A stretch of DNA of 64,000 bases from Spironucleus salmonicida (Eukaryota). A model generated the notes under the pieces. It ran no database searches. It worked only from the letters and a program-made list of their open reading frames with translations, and was not told the origin of the DNA. The stretch covers positions 631,797-695,796 of the forward strand of contig NC_090597.1 of the NCBI RefSeq assembly GCF_000497125.1, read 5' to 3'. Below, piece after piece: positions 24,103 through 37,900 of the stretch. Both the position numbers and the translations under genes were made by a program. Numbering within the stretch: the stretch's first letter is position 1; each line of letters starts with the position of its first letter.

Positions 24103-25475
24103 ATGAACCCGTACATCTGCCCTACAAAAACCTGTCCAGAAGGCACTGTTTGCCCAAGCACTGACAAAACAAAGCCACAAATTTGTCAAGCATGCGAAAT
24201 ATTCAACTGCAAGATGTGCTAGGCGTCTTCACGGGGCAAGTGTTAAGCATGCCGATATGGGTACTACTTAGAGAATAATGCGTGCAAGCCGTGCAAAGAC
24301 AACTGTGAAAATTGTGACAGCCGCGGATGCTTCAACTGCATCCCAGGATACTTAGTTAAAGATGGTTAGTGTGTTAAATGCGTGTAGGACTGCAACATCT
24401 GTTTTGGGGAGTGGGTATGCAAAGATTGTAACCCTGGATTTTTTAAAGATAGATTCCATAATTGTTATCCCTGTTCACCAGGTTGCAGCGAATGCACTAG
24501 TGAATGGTCATGTAGCCGATGCTTACCTGACTATAATTTTATAAATAAAGTGTGCCAGAAATGTCCAAAAAACTGTTTAAACTGCGAACTTGGCAAATGC
24601 TTTGAGTGTATAGAAGGTTACAGAGCAATAGTTGATGTATGTCAGCCTTGCCCGGTAAACTGCAAAAATGCTCCAGCTACTAAGAATGCTAAATTTGCAA
24701 AGATAGCTATTTACTTGATAAGATGGCTAATACGTGCACGCTCTGCAAAGCCAACTGCCGCGCATGTTTGTCAAAGTATGTATGCGGCCTCTGCAAAGAC
24801 CACCACGATCTGGTTGGCGGGGAGTGCGTTCCGAGCGAATGCAACTCTAAAAACCTCTGCAGACCTAACTAGTTCTGTGATGCTAATAATACTGGTTCAA
24901 CTTGCGTTAACTGTATGGAAGGGTGCGATAGCTGCAAGAACTTAGATATTTGCACTAGATGCTCAACTGGTTACTTGAAATAGGATAACCGCTGCCTAAA
25001 ATGTTCTCAAAATTGCTAGCAATGCTCGGCAGCTGATACATGTGATGCTTGTTTGGATGGATATAGATTCACTACGGATAAAAAGTGTGTAGAAGATTAA
25101 TGCCAATAAAATATTAGCTAGTTCGCTGGATTTTACTGCAAGGTATAAGATAATGGTAATAGTTGGGAGTAGTGTCCTGCTAATTGCTTCACCTGTGATA
25201 GCAAGACTGTGTGCACCTAATGCAAAGATAATGCTCCTCCTGTAGACGGAGTCTGTGTTATCTAAAACAACTAAATAAGTAACGGATCTATAATCGGAAT
25301 CGTTGTTGGCATAGTAGCTCTAGTTGGTGTTATTATTGTTGGAGTAGTCTATGCTGTTTTAATGAAGAAAAAATCTAATTTCATTTAAAAGAATAATGAT
25401 GCGACAACTAATAAGTAAAACATATAGTACTAAATTGTTGAATCAGCTACAATGCTTGAGTAAACTAAATAATGA
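24103..25475 (+). pseudogene. Cysteine-rich membrane protein (~457 aa) with one 1-nt frameshift (pseudogene or sequencing error)
   Basis: MNPYICPTKTCPEGTVCP..., regular CXXC repeats. The frame slips in the A5 run at ~24664-24668 (adding one A restores CKKCSSYQEC). TM GSIIGIVVGIVALVGVIIVGVVYAVL, then MKKK... to TGA 25473. Confidence 0.85.
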
Positions 25476-25659
25476 ATTACACTATACTGTATTTTAATAT
25501 ATATATATCTTTACCGTTTCAAACGGAATTTGTATTTCCCTATCCTCTTAGCACGCCTTTAAATCTCTTACCCCCAGAACGCAAAACGCCCAATTTCTGA
25601 AATCCTCACCAACTAGACACTAATTTAATAAATATTTACCTCCAACCTCTCACTTCCAT

Positions 25660-25930
25660 CATTACTCCCTCCACTTCATCACTCTTTTTCGCTTTACAGC
25701 CTTAGCCCTCCTAAAATACCAGAAAACTCCACCAGAAGCACCCAACACCACCGCGATAACTGCCAGCGAAATTCCTGCTACCGCCCCAGAAGACAGACGA
25801 TTACTTTCTTCTGCACTCGCAAAGCAAAAAGCTCCTACTGCAGTAACCTCATCAGCGCAATTCGCTCACGCACAATTTCCAACTCTGCATCCTGATAAGC
25901 ATCACTGCATATATTGTTGTACGCAGCTGC
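25660..25930 (-). pseudogene. Isolated CRMP C-terminal fragment (TM plus tail)
   Basis: CADEVTAVGAFCFASAEESNRLSSGAVAGISLAVIAVVLGASGGVFWYFRRAK... with no upstream ectodomain or start. Confidence 0.75.
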
Positions 25931-25988
25931 ATAATTATCCAATTTTCTCAACATTAAATCCACAAATGCCTTTCTATCAGGTATTAAA

Positions 25989-27648
25989 ATGGCAAAAAAA
26001 TACTACCAGCACTGCGCAAAGGACGATGAAATTCCGTGCAAATTCTGTAGTTCGCAGCAGCGCAAACCTCGAAGAAGGAAAATCAAATGCTGAGATTACA
26101 TGTTTCCTTATATACGTGATAGTAAAGGTTCCTACACGAACTGTGCGATTAATTGCGTCAAGATTGGCGAAAAGTGCTAAGTAGAGAACTGCCAGACCTG
26201 CTCAATGGACATAAAAATGTGTGTAACGTGCAGAAATAACTTAGTTAGTAATGGTGGGAAATGCGAGGTATGCCGCGATAACAGGTCAGAGTGCCTGGAT
26301 AAATTGTGTCACATAGGGAAAATGCAGATAAATGCAAAAACTGCGTCGGGAATTTTGACCCTAAGGAGGCTCCCGCGTGCATTGAGTACCTGGGTGGATT
26401 TTTCAGGTCTAAAGTTATGGGTAAGCGTATTTGTGCCGCTTGCTCGAAGAAGTGCATAGAGTGCACATCAGTAGAGGTGGGCAAGACCTGTTAGAACGAG
26501 TTTTGGTGTTGTTGGAGGCAAGTGCACAGCCGGCGAAGATGCTAATCGCAAGATCTGCTCTGCTGATAAGAATAGCTGCAGTACGTGTAAGACTGGCTAC
26601 AAGCTCTTTGGCGGGAAATGCGAGTTGGAGTGCAATGCTGACGATGCCGTCTGCGCCACCAACCAAATCTGCTTAGGCACCCGCAAAACCTGCTAAGAGA
26701 ACTGCAAAAGCTGCGTTCCTGGCTTTGCTTTAGATCGCAGCTCATGCGCAGCGTGCTCTGCAGGATGCGCAGATTGCGCTGGAGACAAGAACGTGTGCAG
26801 GATATGCAAGGACTGCTATTTCGGCATCAACGGGGCCTGCTAGTCGTGCTAAAATAATGCTACCGCGCAGTGCGAATGCTCTTGGGCAGCTAACTGCGCA
26901 ACTTGCGATACCGCTAAGTCCGGGACCGGCGGCACCTGCATCGCCGGCTACAAAATGTCAGCTAGCAACACATGCTTTACCGCGTTCAAATGTACCAGTG
27001 ACGCCTATGTGTCCTATTTAGTAACGCTAATACGTGCGTTGCAGAGACTCATTGCAAATACAGCGAATTTTGCGATATACCAGACTCTGGGAATACTTAT
27101 ATTTGTTTCATGCTTCCAGTGAGAACTCTATTAGCTTAAAGGAGTGTGCAAAAATACGTACGATATGAATACAGGTGAGACCTGCACTGGATATAGCGAA
27201 CCGACCATGGGAGTTTACACGCATACGTGGAAAAATTAGTATTTATTGTAACAGCTCATTATAAAACTACCTATATACTGTCCTATTGCTAATAGCTTTT
27301 CTACCTACCAGGATATTCCATTATCGGAATACAGCATGCCCAACAATACTTTGTAAATGTAGAATAGATAATCTAGCGCATGCACTGGTTGCATAGATAA
27401 TCGTAATTGTATTTTTATAGATGAAAAATTCACTGGGAAATTTACTAATAAATTCGCAATTTGCCATACTGGCTATCCCTTGAAAGAAGATTTTCACAAA
27501 GATTGTGCAGTAGGTAGTTAAAAAGTTGACTATACCTGTTATTAAACGTTAATAAGCTCGAGTATAAGTCTGTCAGTCGCATGTTAGCTGGAGTTATTAT
27601 AGGTGTGGTGCCATTGCCTATGACTTTATTAATAAAGGAAAGAAGTGA
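25989..27648 (+). pseudogene. Degraded mosaic CRMP
   Basis: CXXC blocks in shifting frames (e.g. CKNCVGNFDPKEAPAC, CSKKCIECTS, CAGDKNVCRICKDC), in-frame TGAs, ends ...AYDFINKGKK* in AGTGA. Confidence 0.75.
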
Positions 27649-28425
27649 GGTTGAATAATATACATTTATAATATGAAAATTACAGAATTAAATTGACAGA
27701 ATAGAAATTTTAATATCAAACGTTTGATAATATTAATAACTTATATTGTGATAATAAAATATGTAGCGATATTGAATTCTCAAATTTTGCTTTGGTAGCA
27801 TTTAAGCGATATTGCAAAAGCTTTTTCTGCTTAAAAGAGTAAGTCATGTGAATTGATAAAAATTGCATGAATTGCAGCTTCTATCAAATATGATATTGTG
27901 ATGTTTTTGAAATACGATACTACGCTAAGGCTTAATTGAGATGGAATAACGAAACATGCAAAATTATAGATTTTATTTCTTAGGTTTGATCGAAAGCAAT
28001 CTTGACAAGTAGTTGTTAATTTTGTTAATATCAAAATTAAGTATCTTTATTTATGTTTAATTATCTAATTAACTAGTTTAATGTATAATATTAAAATAAT
28101 AATTTAAAGATTCTTAGGTATATATATGTCATTATCGAAATATATTCATTGTTAATTTGAAAAAGTATAAAAGGTACATTCAAATTCATGTTAGTCATAA
28201 AATAATAATAATAAATAGAAGATAAAACATAAGATTGTTTTTTATTTATATTGATAATGGTATAAATAAAATAGGTTATTACGAATTTATAAAGAAGTAC
28301 GCATGAAATATATGTTTAATGGAAGGTAATACTACTTACTATTTAAAGATAAGAAGAAACAAAAACTGATATTACTTATTCATATCCGATATACATATAA
28401 GAATAACTATTCCATTTATTTTAAA

Positions 28426-29430
28426 ATGGATAACAAATGTACTTCTGCCGACAAGAACACTTGCAACGCTGGGTTCTACTGTCCTTCTAACGTTATGGCA
28501 GATAGTACTGATTGTGTAGCATGTGATGGATCTTGTGCAACCTGCTCAGCAGGTACTTCAGTTGACTGCCTGACCTGCGCCGACGGTAAGTTTTTCAGCT
28601 CTAATTCTTGCACAGAATGTGACGTTAAATGTACTAAATGTGCTAATATTACTACTGAGTGCAGCGAGTGTAAATCAGGACATATGCTTTCTGGAACCAC
28701 CTGCGAGGCCTGCCCTGACAATTGTGAAAATTGCGCTGGAGACAAAGCAATTTGTAAGATCTGCAAAAACAATTTCTTCTTAAAAGACGGTAAATGTAGT
28801 ACTTGCGCTGCAAATACAACAGAAGAATGCGAGTGTGGTGTGGCTCTCAACTGCGCCAACTGTAATTCTGGTGATACGTCCAAATGCGATGCTTGTATTA
28901 CTGGTTATAAGAAAACCGGTGAGGTATGCGATGCTTGCATTGATGGCTATATGATGGTCAATTCAGTTTGCACAAAATGCAGCGATACTTGTGCTACGTG
29001 CTCATAGGGCGTTGATTTGTGCGATACATGTAAGATGGGTAATCAGATGACCATCCACTAAACCTGTCAGGCAGATTGCAGCCCAGATTTAGCAGATGGA
29101 TAAGCATGCGTTGGTACCACTGCTACAGCCTGTGGAGGAGAATCACAGATAACTGAGTGTGAGTGTAACAATGATACAAACTGTTTCACCTGTAACAGTA
29201 TTAATACTAAGTGCGGCTCCTGTCTCCCTGGATACAAATTTGAAAGCAATGAATGTAAAAATTGCTAAGATGGGGTTGTAAAAATTGGAGACTTTTGCTT
29301 CGTACCGAGAAAGTAGTCTGGGAACCTCTCAGGCGGTGCAACTGCGGGAATTGTGATTGCTGTGCTGGTGGTGGTGGGAGCCGTCGGTGGCGGCCTAGCT
29401 TATTATTTCATCAAGAAAGGAAAGAAGTGA
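28426..29430 (+). CDS. Cysteine-rich membrane protein (CRMP1-like), 334 aa
   Basis: [20 protein letters not shown]...; 1005 nt in frame with TAA/TAG=Gln. [30 protein letters not shown], tail IKKGKK*, AGTGA. Confidence 0.93.
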
Positions 29431-30890
29431 AAATTATTTAATATATAATTGATTGTAATCTGAAATTTTCAAACTAGGTTTTGTAATAGTAAGTGTTTCA
29501 GTTATAATATATTTGATACTTTATAGATCTAATTATTTAGTATTAATACAATAAATAGATTCAGCATATATTAAAAATTTTGAATCCCAAAATCTTAATT
29601 GTAGCGTAAAGTATTCTTCAGTATAACGTATCATAACGTAAAATAATAAAAACTTCAACTTGCAATGTATCCAGTTTCATGAATGGATAATAGTGAAATG
29701 TCGTGAAATAATGATAGTGTGGTAGTGATACTTTGGGGGCAAGTACTGTAAATATCCTAAATTATAGATTTGATACTTTAGGGCAGAAGCATAGATTCTG
29801 TGCAAATGGTGGTAAATCTAATACTATTTACAATTAGGTATCGTGATTTATCCATTTTTCGTTGTATTGTTATATACTTAAAATATTCAATATTAGTATT
29901 AGTATTATAAAATTTGAAGTTACTAATTATATATGTATATTATCAGATTGAGCAATTATCTATTTGCAAAACTGGCAAAGTTGTTACACGAATCTAAATT
30001 AGACACCGATTATTAATAGCAAAGAGAAAAAACATAAAATTTGTTTTTAGTGCCCATTGTTAGGAGTACTATAAGTAAAGTAGATTTTTGTTAATATCTG
30101 ATTTTTCAATTTAAAATATATTCATATAAACATATAACTAAGTATAACGTAAAAATAGATAGAAACAACACTCATATTCACTATCGATAATAATTATACA
30201 TATAAAGCTAACTATTTCATTTATTTTAAAATGAGGAATATCATGCACTTCTTGTTCTGGAAATGCAACTGAAAAATGCTAGTGTGATGCAGCCATTAAT
30301 TGTGATACCTGCGACTCTTCAGACTCATCAATATACGGAACCTGCTTGACCGTGTTCAAAATAAATGACATTGGTGCTTGTTCAGAGTGCATAGAGGGCT
30401 ACTTTATGTCGGAAAGCGGCTGCTAAAAATGCGACACAACTTGCTGTTCCTGCCGGAATAATGCTAAGACGTGTGTAATTTGCGCTGATTCGCACGAACC
30501 TACTATTCAATAAACATGTTAGCCTATTTGTGATTAAGTGATAACCGCTGATTAGGTATGCGAGGATGGAACTCCAAAATCTTGTGGAGCAGAAACTCAA
30601 ATTATACCTTGTTAATGTACTGGAAAAGTAAATTGCTTTACATGTCCTTCTGATAATTCCTAGTGCAAAAGCTGTTTGAGAAGCTACAAACTGCTAAAAG
30701 GTGATTGTTCGGATTGTGTATAAGGCGCAGAAATGATAGGCGAGTTCTGCATTGGTGGTGTATAAGAAGACTTAAATAGCAGTTTATCTGGAGGTGCAGT
30801 TGCTGGAATAGTTATTGCTATTATAGTAGTAATCGGAGGCATCGGTGGAGGTGTGTTTTGGTATATCAAAAAATCGAAAAGTTAGCTTAA
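29300..30890 (+). repeat. ~1.6 kb inverted repeat, arm 2 (partner ~14620-16210)
   Basis: Reverse complement of arm 1; essentially identical from ~29750 to ~30875. Confidence 0.95.
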
Positions 30891-30924
30891 AAATGTAAGC
30901 TAACCTGTTACTTTATAAGAGTGA
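30231..30924 (+). pseudogene. Internally deleted CRMP pseudogene (twin of 14590-15283)
   Basis: Out-of-frame ATG 30231. The CXXC-TM frame ends ...[22 protein letters not shown] at TGA 30922. Confidence 0.8.
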
Positions 30925-31066
30925 ATTTAAAGTAAAGGAAATATATAGTTTTTCAGGAGATTCGTTATCTTAGTTTTTTATATATTAGAAAAGGATTTAC
31001 TAGTTAAATATATATAATACTTATTTCAATTTGCTCATTAAAATAAATTAAAAGTTAATAGATACT

Positions 31067-32413
31067 TCACTCAGCAGTCATAACGCCAGAGCCGAACCGC
31101 ACCTCGGAGCCCTTCTCGGCTTCGCTGCTCGCAGCTGGTGCAGAGCCGGTAAGGATCATCTGGATTTCTTCCTGGGTCTTGCCCTTCGTTTCAGGGGTGG
31201 TAAAGAGCAATACAGCGGTTGTGATTCCCATAACTATCAAATAGGTAACGAAGGGAGACCATGCGGCCGCTTTGGTAAGAATTGGGAATAGAACAACGAC
31301 AAAGATGTTGGGGATGTAGTTGAAGCTGAGCAAGATTGAAGACAGGAGGGATTTGGCCTCCACGGGGAAGAGCTCGGAGGCGAAGACAAAGAAGATGGGA
31401 CCGGGTCCAATTTCGAACCCGATGATGAAGAAGATGGAGGCTGTGATGAGGAGGGCAGTATTAGATTTGGCGAGGATGTAGTTGATCATGAGGGCGACCT
31501 GGGCTACGAAGCAGATACCGACACCGCCGAAGAGGAGGATCTTGCGGCCAAGCTTCTCGATGAAGGCAAGCGCACCGAGTGTTGCCACAAAGTTGACACC
31601 GTTGATGATGATGGAGCCGAAGACGGAGGACAGGGAATGGGTGCCACCAGTTGAGTCTTTGAAGGTGTCTTTGAAGGTCTCAGTGGCGTAGACGATAACG
31701 GCGTTGATACCGGTGCACTGCTGGTTGAGACCGAGCATGACAGAGAGGATGAGGACCTTGAAGTACTTCTTCTCCTTGAACAAGAGCATGGGGGAAATTT
31801 CCTTCTCCTCTCTTGGTTTGACATCAGGTACAAAGAAAAGTAAAACAAAACCCATGAGAGGCCATATGAAGGTAACAACAAAGTTGACCCACCATGCGTT
31901 ATATTTATCTTGATAAGTACGTATGGCAAGTAAGACTAAGGAAGCAACCAATATACCAAGGGTGACGTTGAATTGGAACATGACACCGAGGAGACCTCTC
32001 TTGCTGGACTCAGCGTGCTCACCGACGATGATGATGCTGGGTTGTTAAAATAATACGACGAAGAAGCCTGCAAAAAGTCTCATAATCATCCAGTAGTATA
32101 CATTGAAAGGGATGCAAAGGAGAACATTGAAGATAACAGAGCCAGCAGCTCCTACCAAGCCGGTCTTCTTGTAGCCTAACCAGCTGACAATAGGAGCGAA
32201 GGTGAGAGAAGCGAGTAGGAAGCCTACCAGGGAGGCGATAGATAGATAGGGTAGTAAAGTTTGCACAGCAGCATCAGCGGCTACAAAACTAACTGAAGTA
32301 CCAATAGCCATATAGTAAAGTTTGATGATATCAGAAGAGAAGTTTGCAATGGTGAAGCCGAGAGTCTCAGCTGTAAGCGACTGGATTGCGAACAAAATTC
32401 CGAATGAAACCAT
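31067..32413 (-). CDS. MFS sugar porter (hexose-transporter-like), 448 aa
   Basis: Track ORFs 32045-32413 and 31067-31981 join in frame through one TAA (Gln). Sugar-porter signatures QQCTGINAVIVYA, IEKLGRKILL, GPGPIFFVFASELFP and PETKGKT; many TM segments; AGTGA at the stop. Confidence 0.95.
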
Positions 32414-34953
32414 TTATGAGGAATGGGAAGATATTTTAAAACTTCAATAATCAGTTTAATACACTTATAAGAATTTAATCATTAAAGATCCAATAATTGC
32501 CTATATGTATTTATATAATATATTACATTAGTTAGCATAAGTTACTTACTTCATGTTTTTTGTAATCATATGTTTTTATAGCAAATTAAAAACTAAATTG
32601 AGCACATAATAAAGATTTATTACATACATATAATAGTATAAAAATGAAAACTTAAAAAACAAATATTATTTAATTAATTATCTAAATATATTATATTATT
32701 CAAATTTATATACTATACTTATTAATTAAGTTTTTAATTGAATAGTATTTTAGTTTTATTATTCTGCATATATTTTATCTTTATAAGTATGCAAATATAA
32801 TAAATATTACAGTTACTCTAACTCAAATGTACTACTTTAAAAACCTTATTATAATTATAGTAGTTAATTTTAGCATTTTGTGATATTAACTTGCTGAGTA
32901 TTTGTATTATAGTTTTTAAACACTAAAATTATTAATTTTAGCATATTCATGTTAATAAGAAATATTAATAGTTATTACTCTCACTAAAATTTTATAATGG
33001 TAAATTATCATTGGTCTGATATAGAGGAGGTCACTCTTTGTAATCTTGTCAAAGCTTAAGGTAAATAATGGAATAACATATAATAAATTTATTTTCCATA
33101 GTTGACTGTTAATTAAATTAAATTCAAATCTTCTATCTTTAAAAAAACTGAAAACAAGTTTAATACTTGTGATGATATAAAGGAATTTATAGTTAATGAT
33201 AATACTATAAAAAGAGGTCAATACATCATTTATTGAACGAAATTATTTAAATATTTGGTAATTAATGTTTATTGTTGTTTATTAAATGTTAGAATATTAT
33301 AATTGTTGTTATATACACATAAGTACTATACTTGTTACAGTGTTTACTATAAAACTATTAAATAAAGTGTGTATGTAAATTAAATTAAAAGTTCCCCAAT
33401 GAATCTTCTAAATTATTTTAATATGTTATCATTGATTTATAACAAATAGTATGTTTCATAAAAAGATGCGATTATTTTTAAAATAAACTCGATGAATAAA
33501 TTGATACATCTAAATACTTATATAATACATTTTTTCAAATTAATTTTTGTCTCTTAGTTATTCATAATCGGTACATCATTCCTAATAGTTTAAAGGAAAA
33601 TATCTTTCTTAGTTTATAAGAAATATTTATTATATTAAGATCTTATTCAAGCTTATATCTCGTTGCATGGTAAAAACTACGAAATTTTAGAAATATAGCT
33701 TATATATACTCTCATATTAAAATTAAATTTCAACTTATAGTGTTTCCTATCCAGTACCTTTCGTATCAAAATCACTTTTTAAACTAAAATTTTAACAAAT
33801 TATCTTATTATTATACTATAACTATCAATATTCTCATTTAAGATCAAATTAAACATCTTATCAGTAATATCATTTTTCCATCCTCTTCCAAACCTCTCCA
33901 CACTAAATCTCATCCATAGTTACCAATAACGAAAATCGTTTAATTTCTTGTTTTGATCAAACCTTGAGCAAGATTATTATTCTTTTTAATCTATTTTCCA
34001 TTGCAATAATGCTAAATTTTAAACCGTCTGTATTGTGAATCCACCACCGGATATAAACTTTGCTTCCAATATCTGAACCTTGCTAATTTTATGAGTATTT
34101 AAAATAATTTTTAAATCACAATTGGAGCAAAATCTTGAACTCATTTATGACAGAAGAATTAGATAAATAAGACCTTACTAGTAGTTGTTTCGAAAAATTC
34201 TTTTATGATGATATCCTGACAAAACTTGCTAATGAATCAGATACAACAGAAAATATTAGAAGGAACATAATAGTCTTCTGGCTGATAGCTTTGTTTCCTT
34301 TGGGGAGAGTGTTGGGTTTTATGATATGAAGAAATATGTTTTCTAATCGATATGTCTGAAGCATTGATAAATTACGTTAATTTAATTAGATTTAGTGTTT
34401 ATTTCAGTTTATTTGTGGCGATGGGTGGAGTGTGACGTGGAATAAAAATCAGTACCCCCGAAGGCAAATAAATTGTTATCTACGGTTAACCAGGCTACTT
34501 TGGAATTAATAATACCTATAAAACCTCAGCTTGAATTAGAAGACTTAGAAAAGGTTATAGTGAGGTAGTGATGCAGAAGGAAAATTGTTTAGTGGTAGCG
34601 TGCGTTATATAGTATTTAGGGTTAGAAATTAGGCACAGCCAGAAGGAGAAAATAAAAAATACATCGCAATATAGAAAATATGATTAAGAAATAAATCGCA
34701 GGTTCGGATGAATTATACACTGGATGGTAATTTTCTGCAAAAATTTCGAGTAAATGATAAAATTAGTAAATATTATCACGTTAAATGTGTATATGTAATT
34801 TTATTACTGCTAATAGCCAGGTTTCACAAATAACCTAATATATTTGGAAATTTTTGTATTTATAAATACAATTTATAATAATCAAGTAAAATCTGGTAAG
34901 AAGAAGCATTGAATTTATCATTGATATAAACTAATATTTGTAAAATATTATTA

Positions 34954-37900
34954 TCATTCAGACCTAATCATGACAAGGCAACTGCAATTATATAAAGACA
35001 AACTGAACTGACGTAACCATTAAAACTTGATCTGATTGTCTATGTATACGTATTAGTATTCGCTATACGGTATATTTTTGTTGATTTTACCTTCCATTTT
35101 TTCAAGCCAAAAGTACGTCCCCTACAGAACAAAATTAGTATGGTAAGTTCTATAATAATTATGTCCTGAAATTAACTCGCACGGTTAGCTTACTTCACCT
35201 TACTCAATAAATGGTGCTTTAGTAATTAAGCGTACTGTTAAATTGCTTTAGAAGAGGAAGCTCCTGCCAAACTCAAATCCAAGCAAATTTGCTAGAGTTG
35301 CAACATTAAGCGTGTTGCGCGTTATAAAGAAATCTACGAATTAAAGATAAAAGTTTAGCCTCTAAATCAGTAGTTCACGATAGCTAAACAAATCTTACTA
35401 ATTATCTTTAATATATTACAATGGGTAATAGCGCTAATAGGTACTAATGAAATGCTACTGGAGCTCTTGGTGAGACATTTAAGTAAGCTCTGTGTTATCA
35501 TTAAAGGCAGTAATACTTATGTGTTCTAGTTTTATGGTCAAAGCGTAATGAAAAAGTTCTTTCAAACTAGAATAAGGTGCTTTATTTAAGACGTTCTTGC
35601 AGCTTGTTATTAAATTTTAAAAATCTTCCAAATTGACCACATCTTAACTGAAAAGGACGACGGATGCGATATTGATATCCCTACAAACCAGACGCTGATT
35701 GACAATCTCAGCTGAGAATTTATTTTTAATCAGCCTCGAAAATTCTTTATATGCGCTATCAATGTCGCTAAACTGCTACTAATATCTCTTTTTCCTTTAA
35801 AACTACTATAGCTCGCTTAAATCTAAAGAATCTCTTATCTATAGATTATCATGATATGTGCTCAACTTAAATTAACTAACGGAGCCATATTCTAGCCTAT
35901 ACTGGTGATACTAAACCTTGCTTTGAGAAATTTGACGAATAAATACAAGAGAAAGCGGCACTGAGTTATAGACAACTAACCCCTGACAGTGAGAAAAGTT
36001 GTTCTAAAACTGCACCGGATTTGCTGTTTTTACAAGAGTAGGAGAAACCTCTGAAAAAAACGCAGGAGTTTCGAGTTTCTGCACTTTCGGTTACCTAATA
36101 ACTAATTTTTCAGCATTTTCACACTTCATAAGCGACATAAGCCGCTCCACAAATTCTCCAAACTGCTAAGTCCCAGTTTTTATGATAAGACGATTTTCGA
36201 TATACTCTAAAACGTTCATCCCGTCGATTTAAGCCGAAACCAGCATTTAATCCGTAACCTACTCCTTGAAAAACGTTGAAATTACCTCAAAACACCGCAA
36301 ATGCGTAGTTAAGGAAAACACGTTAATAACGTATTATAACGCCTTCATATTGTCATTATAGTACCCTAAAGCCGCTTAAAGCACCTCAATCTGCTCTCCA
36401 ACGCATTTGTGTTAATTTCCTAGAAGCGCAATACAAACCCTCTAAATAGCATGAAAATACGTGAATTTACACACAAACTTATCCAAACCGTACCGATCAT
36501 TTCCGTAAATGTTAATTAACTGAATAAGCTTCAATTTGTCCTCGTCGCAAAGTATATAATTAGCACGCTCGCAAACGGTCACCATCCGAGGGTTAAACTC
36601 AACGATTTATTTAAGATCTTCAAACAAATTTTTATGCTGAAAAAGGCCGAATTTGATCGCAAATTCGTTCAATTTCACCAAATCGGTTTCGAAAAACCAG
36701 TCGTTTACGAGCGAGATCGCGAACAATTTCGCGGTCTAAAAGTCTTAAAAGATGAATTCTCTGCAGAGGAAATTCTTGAATTTTGCCATTTCTCCGCGGC
36801 TGTCAATTCGCAGTATTTCCTGCGTTAGCTGGAGCGTAGTGATGAGGTTTGAGTCGCAAAGTTGCGTTATTTGCGTCAAATTGAAGGTAGTTAAAAAGCG
36901 AGAAAGGGGTGGAGCGGAAAAGGAAGGGGTGGAAGGGAGAGGAGCGGAAACTCGACTTACCTCAGCGCCCTGATCGGCCAGAAACCAAACGACCTCGAAG
37001 TCCAAATGCTCCATCAGCGCGAAAAGCGACGTCCCGGCGTCGATAAGCTTCAGGTCCACGCCCTGTTAGACTAAAAATTCGAACGCTGGAAGGGAGGTGA
37101 TATAATGAACTGGCGAGAGCCCCTGCGCGTTGAGCAGCAGCATTGCGGGGGCTAATGCGGTGTGCTTTTGCACGGCCTCCAGGACCTACTTCTAGCTGAT
37201 TTGAGTACTTTATGGCATTTAATGTACATTCTATTATCTCGAACTCGCTGTCTGCTCCACTTCTCTACCATCTCTGAGCGCGATGTGCGCGCAGGTGTCC
37301 AGATTTTTATTGATGGCCCCCTCCAAGAAAAGCTCGTAAATGGGGCTGGGAGAGCGCTGCAGCAGCTCCTCGAACAAAATTTTGCCGCCTTTTGACTTCA
37401 ACGCCTTTAGAATGCTCAGTTGGGCGTCAGAAAACAGCTGCAGGAATATGACCACGTCATCGCGCTGCAGCTAATTTGCAACTATAAAAAATAAGTAATC
37501 GGTGTGCGAATTCTCCATCATGAGGTCGTAAAACTTCGTCTTCAACATGGTCTTCAGGTGCTGAATTAGAGCAATGAGTAGCTGAGAAGAATTCCGCGCA
37601 AAGCCCTGAACGGCGACTGAGTAGCTCGTAAATTTGAGCTGCAGAAGAGTATTTGCGAGTTTCACGGCTTCAGACGGCTGCGACAGCTGTATAGAATTGA
37701 AAATGGAAAAGATGTCGCTGCTTGTCAGCTGCAACTCAGCAGAGCTTTTTACAATTTTTTCCAGCAGATAGAAATTCGAGCGGACGGTAAAAGTCTTACT
37801 TACGGTGCTAGATGAGGTGCTTTAAAGCTGAATTTGAGGGGATTTCGCTAAATAAAACTCCTCTATGTCAGATTGCAGCTTTGCGAGCTGATTTTCTGGC

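Noticed and set aside
35161-36280. Long plus-strand frames under table 6
   Set aside because: They are the antisense shadow of the 34954-40398 gene, are interrupted by TGA and show no motifs.
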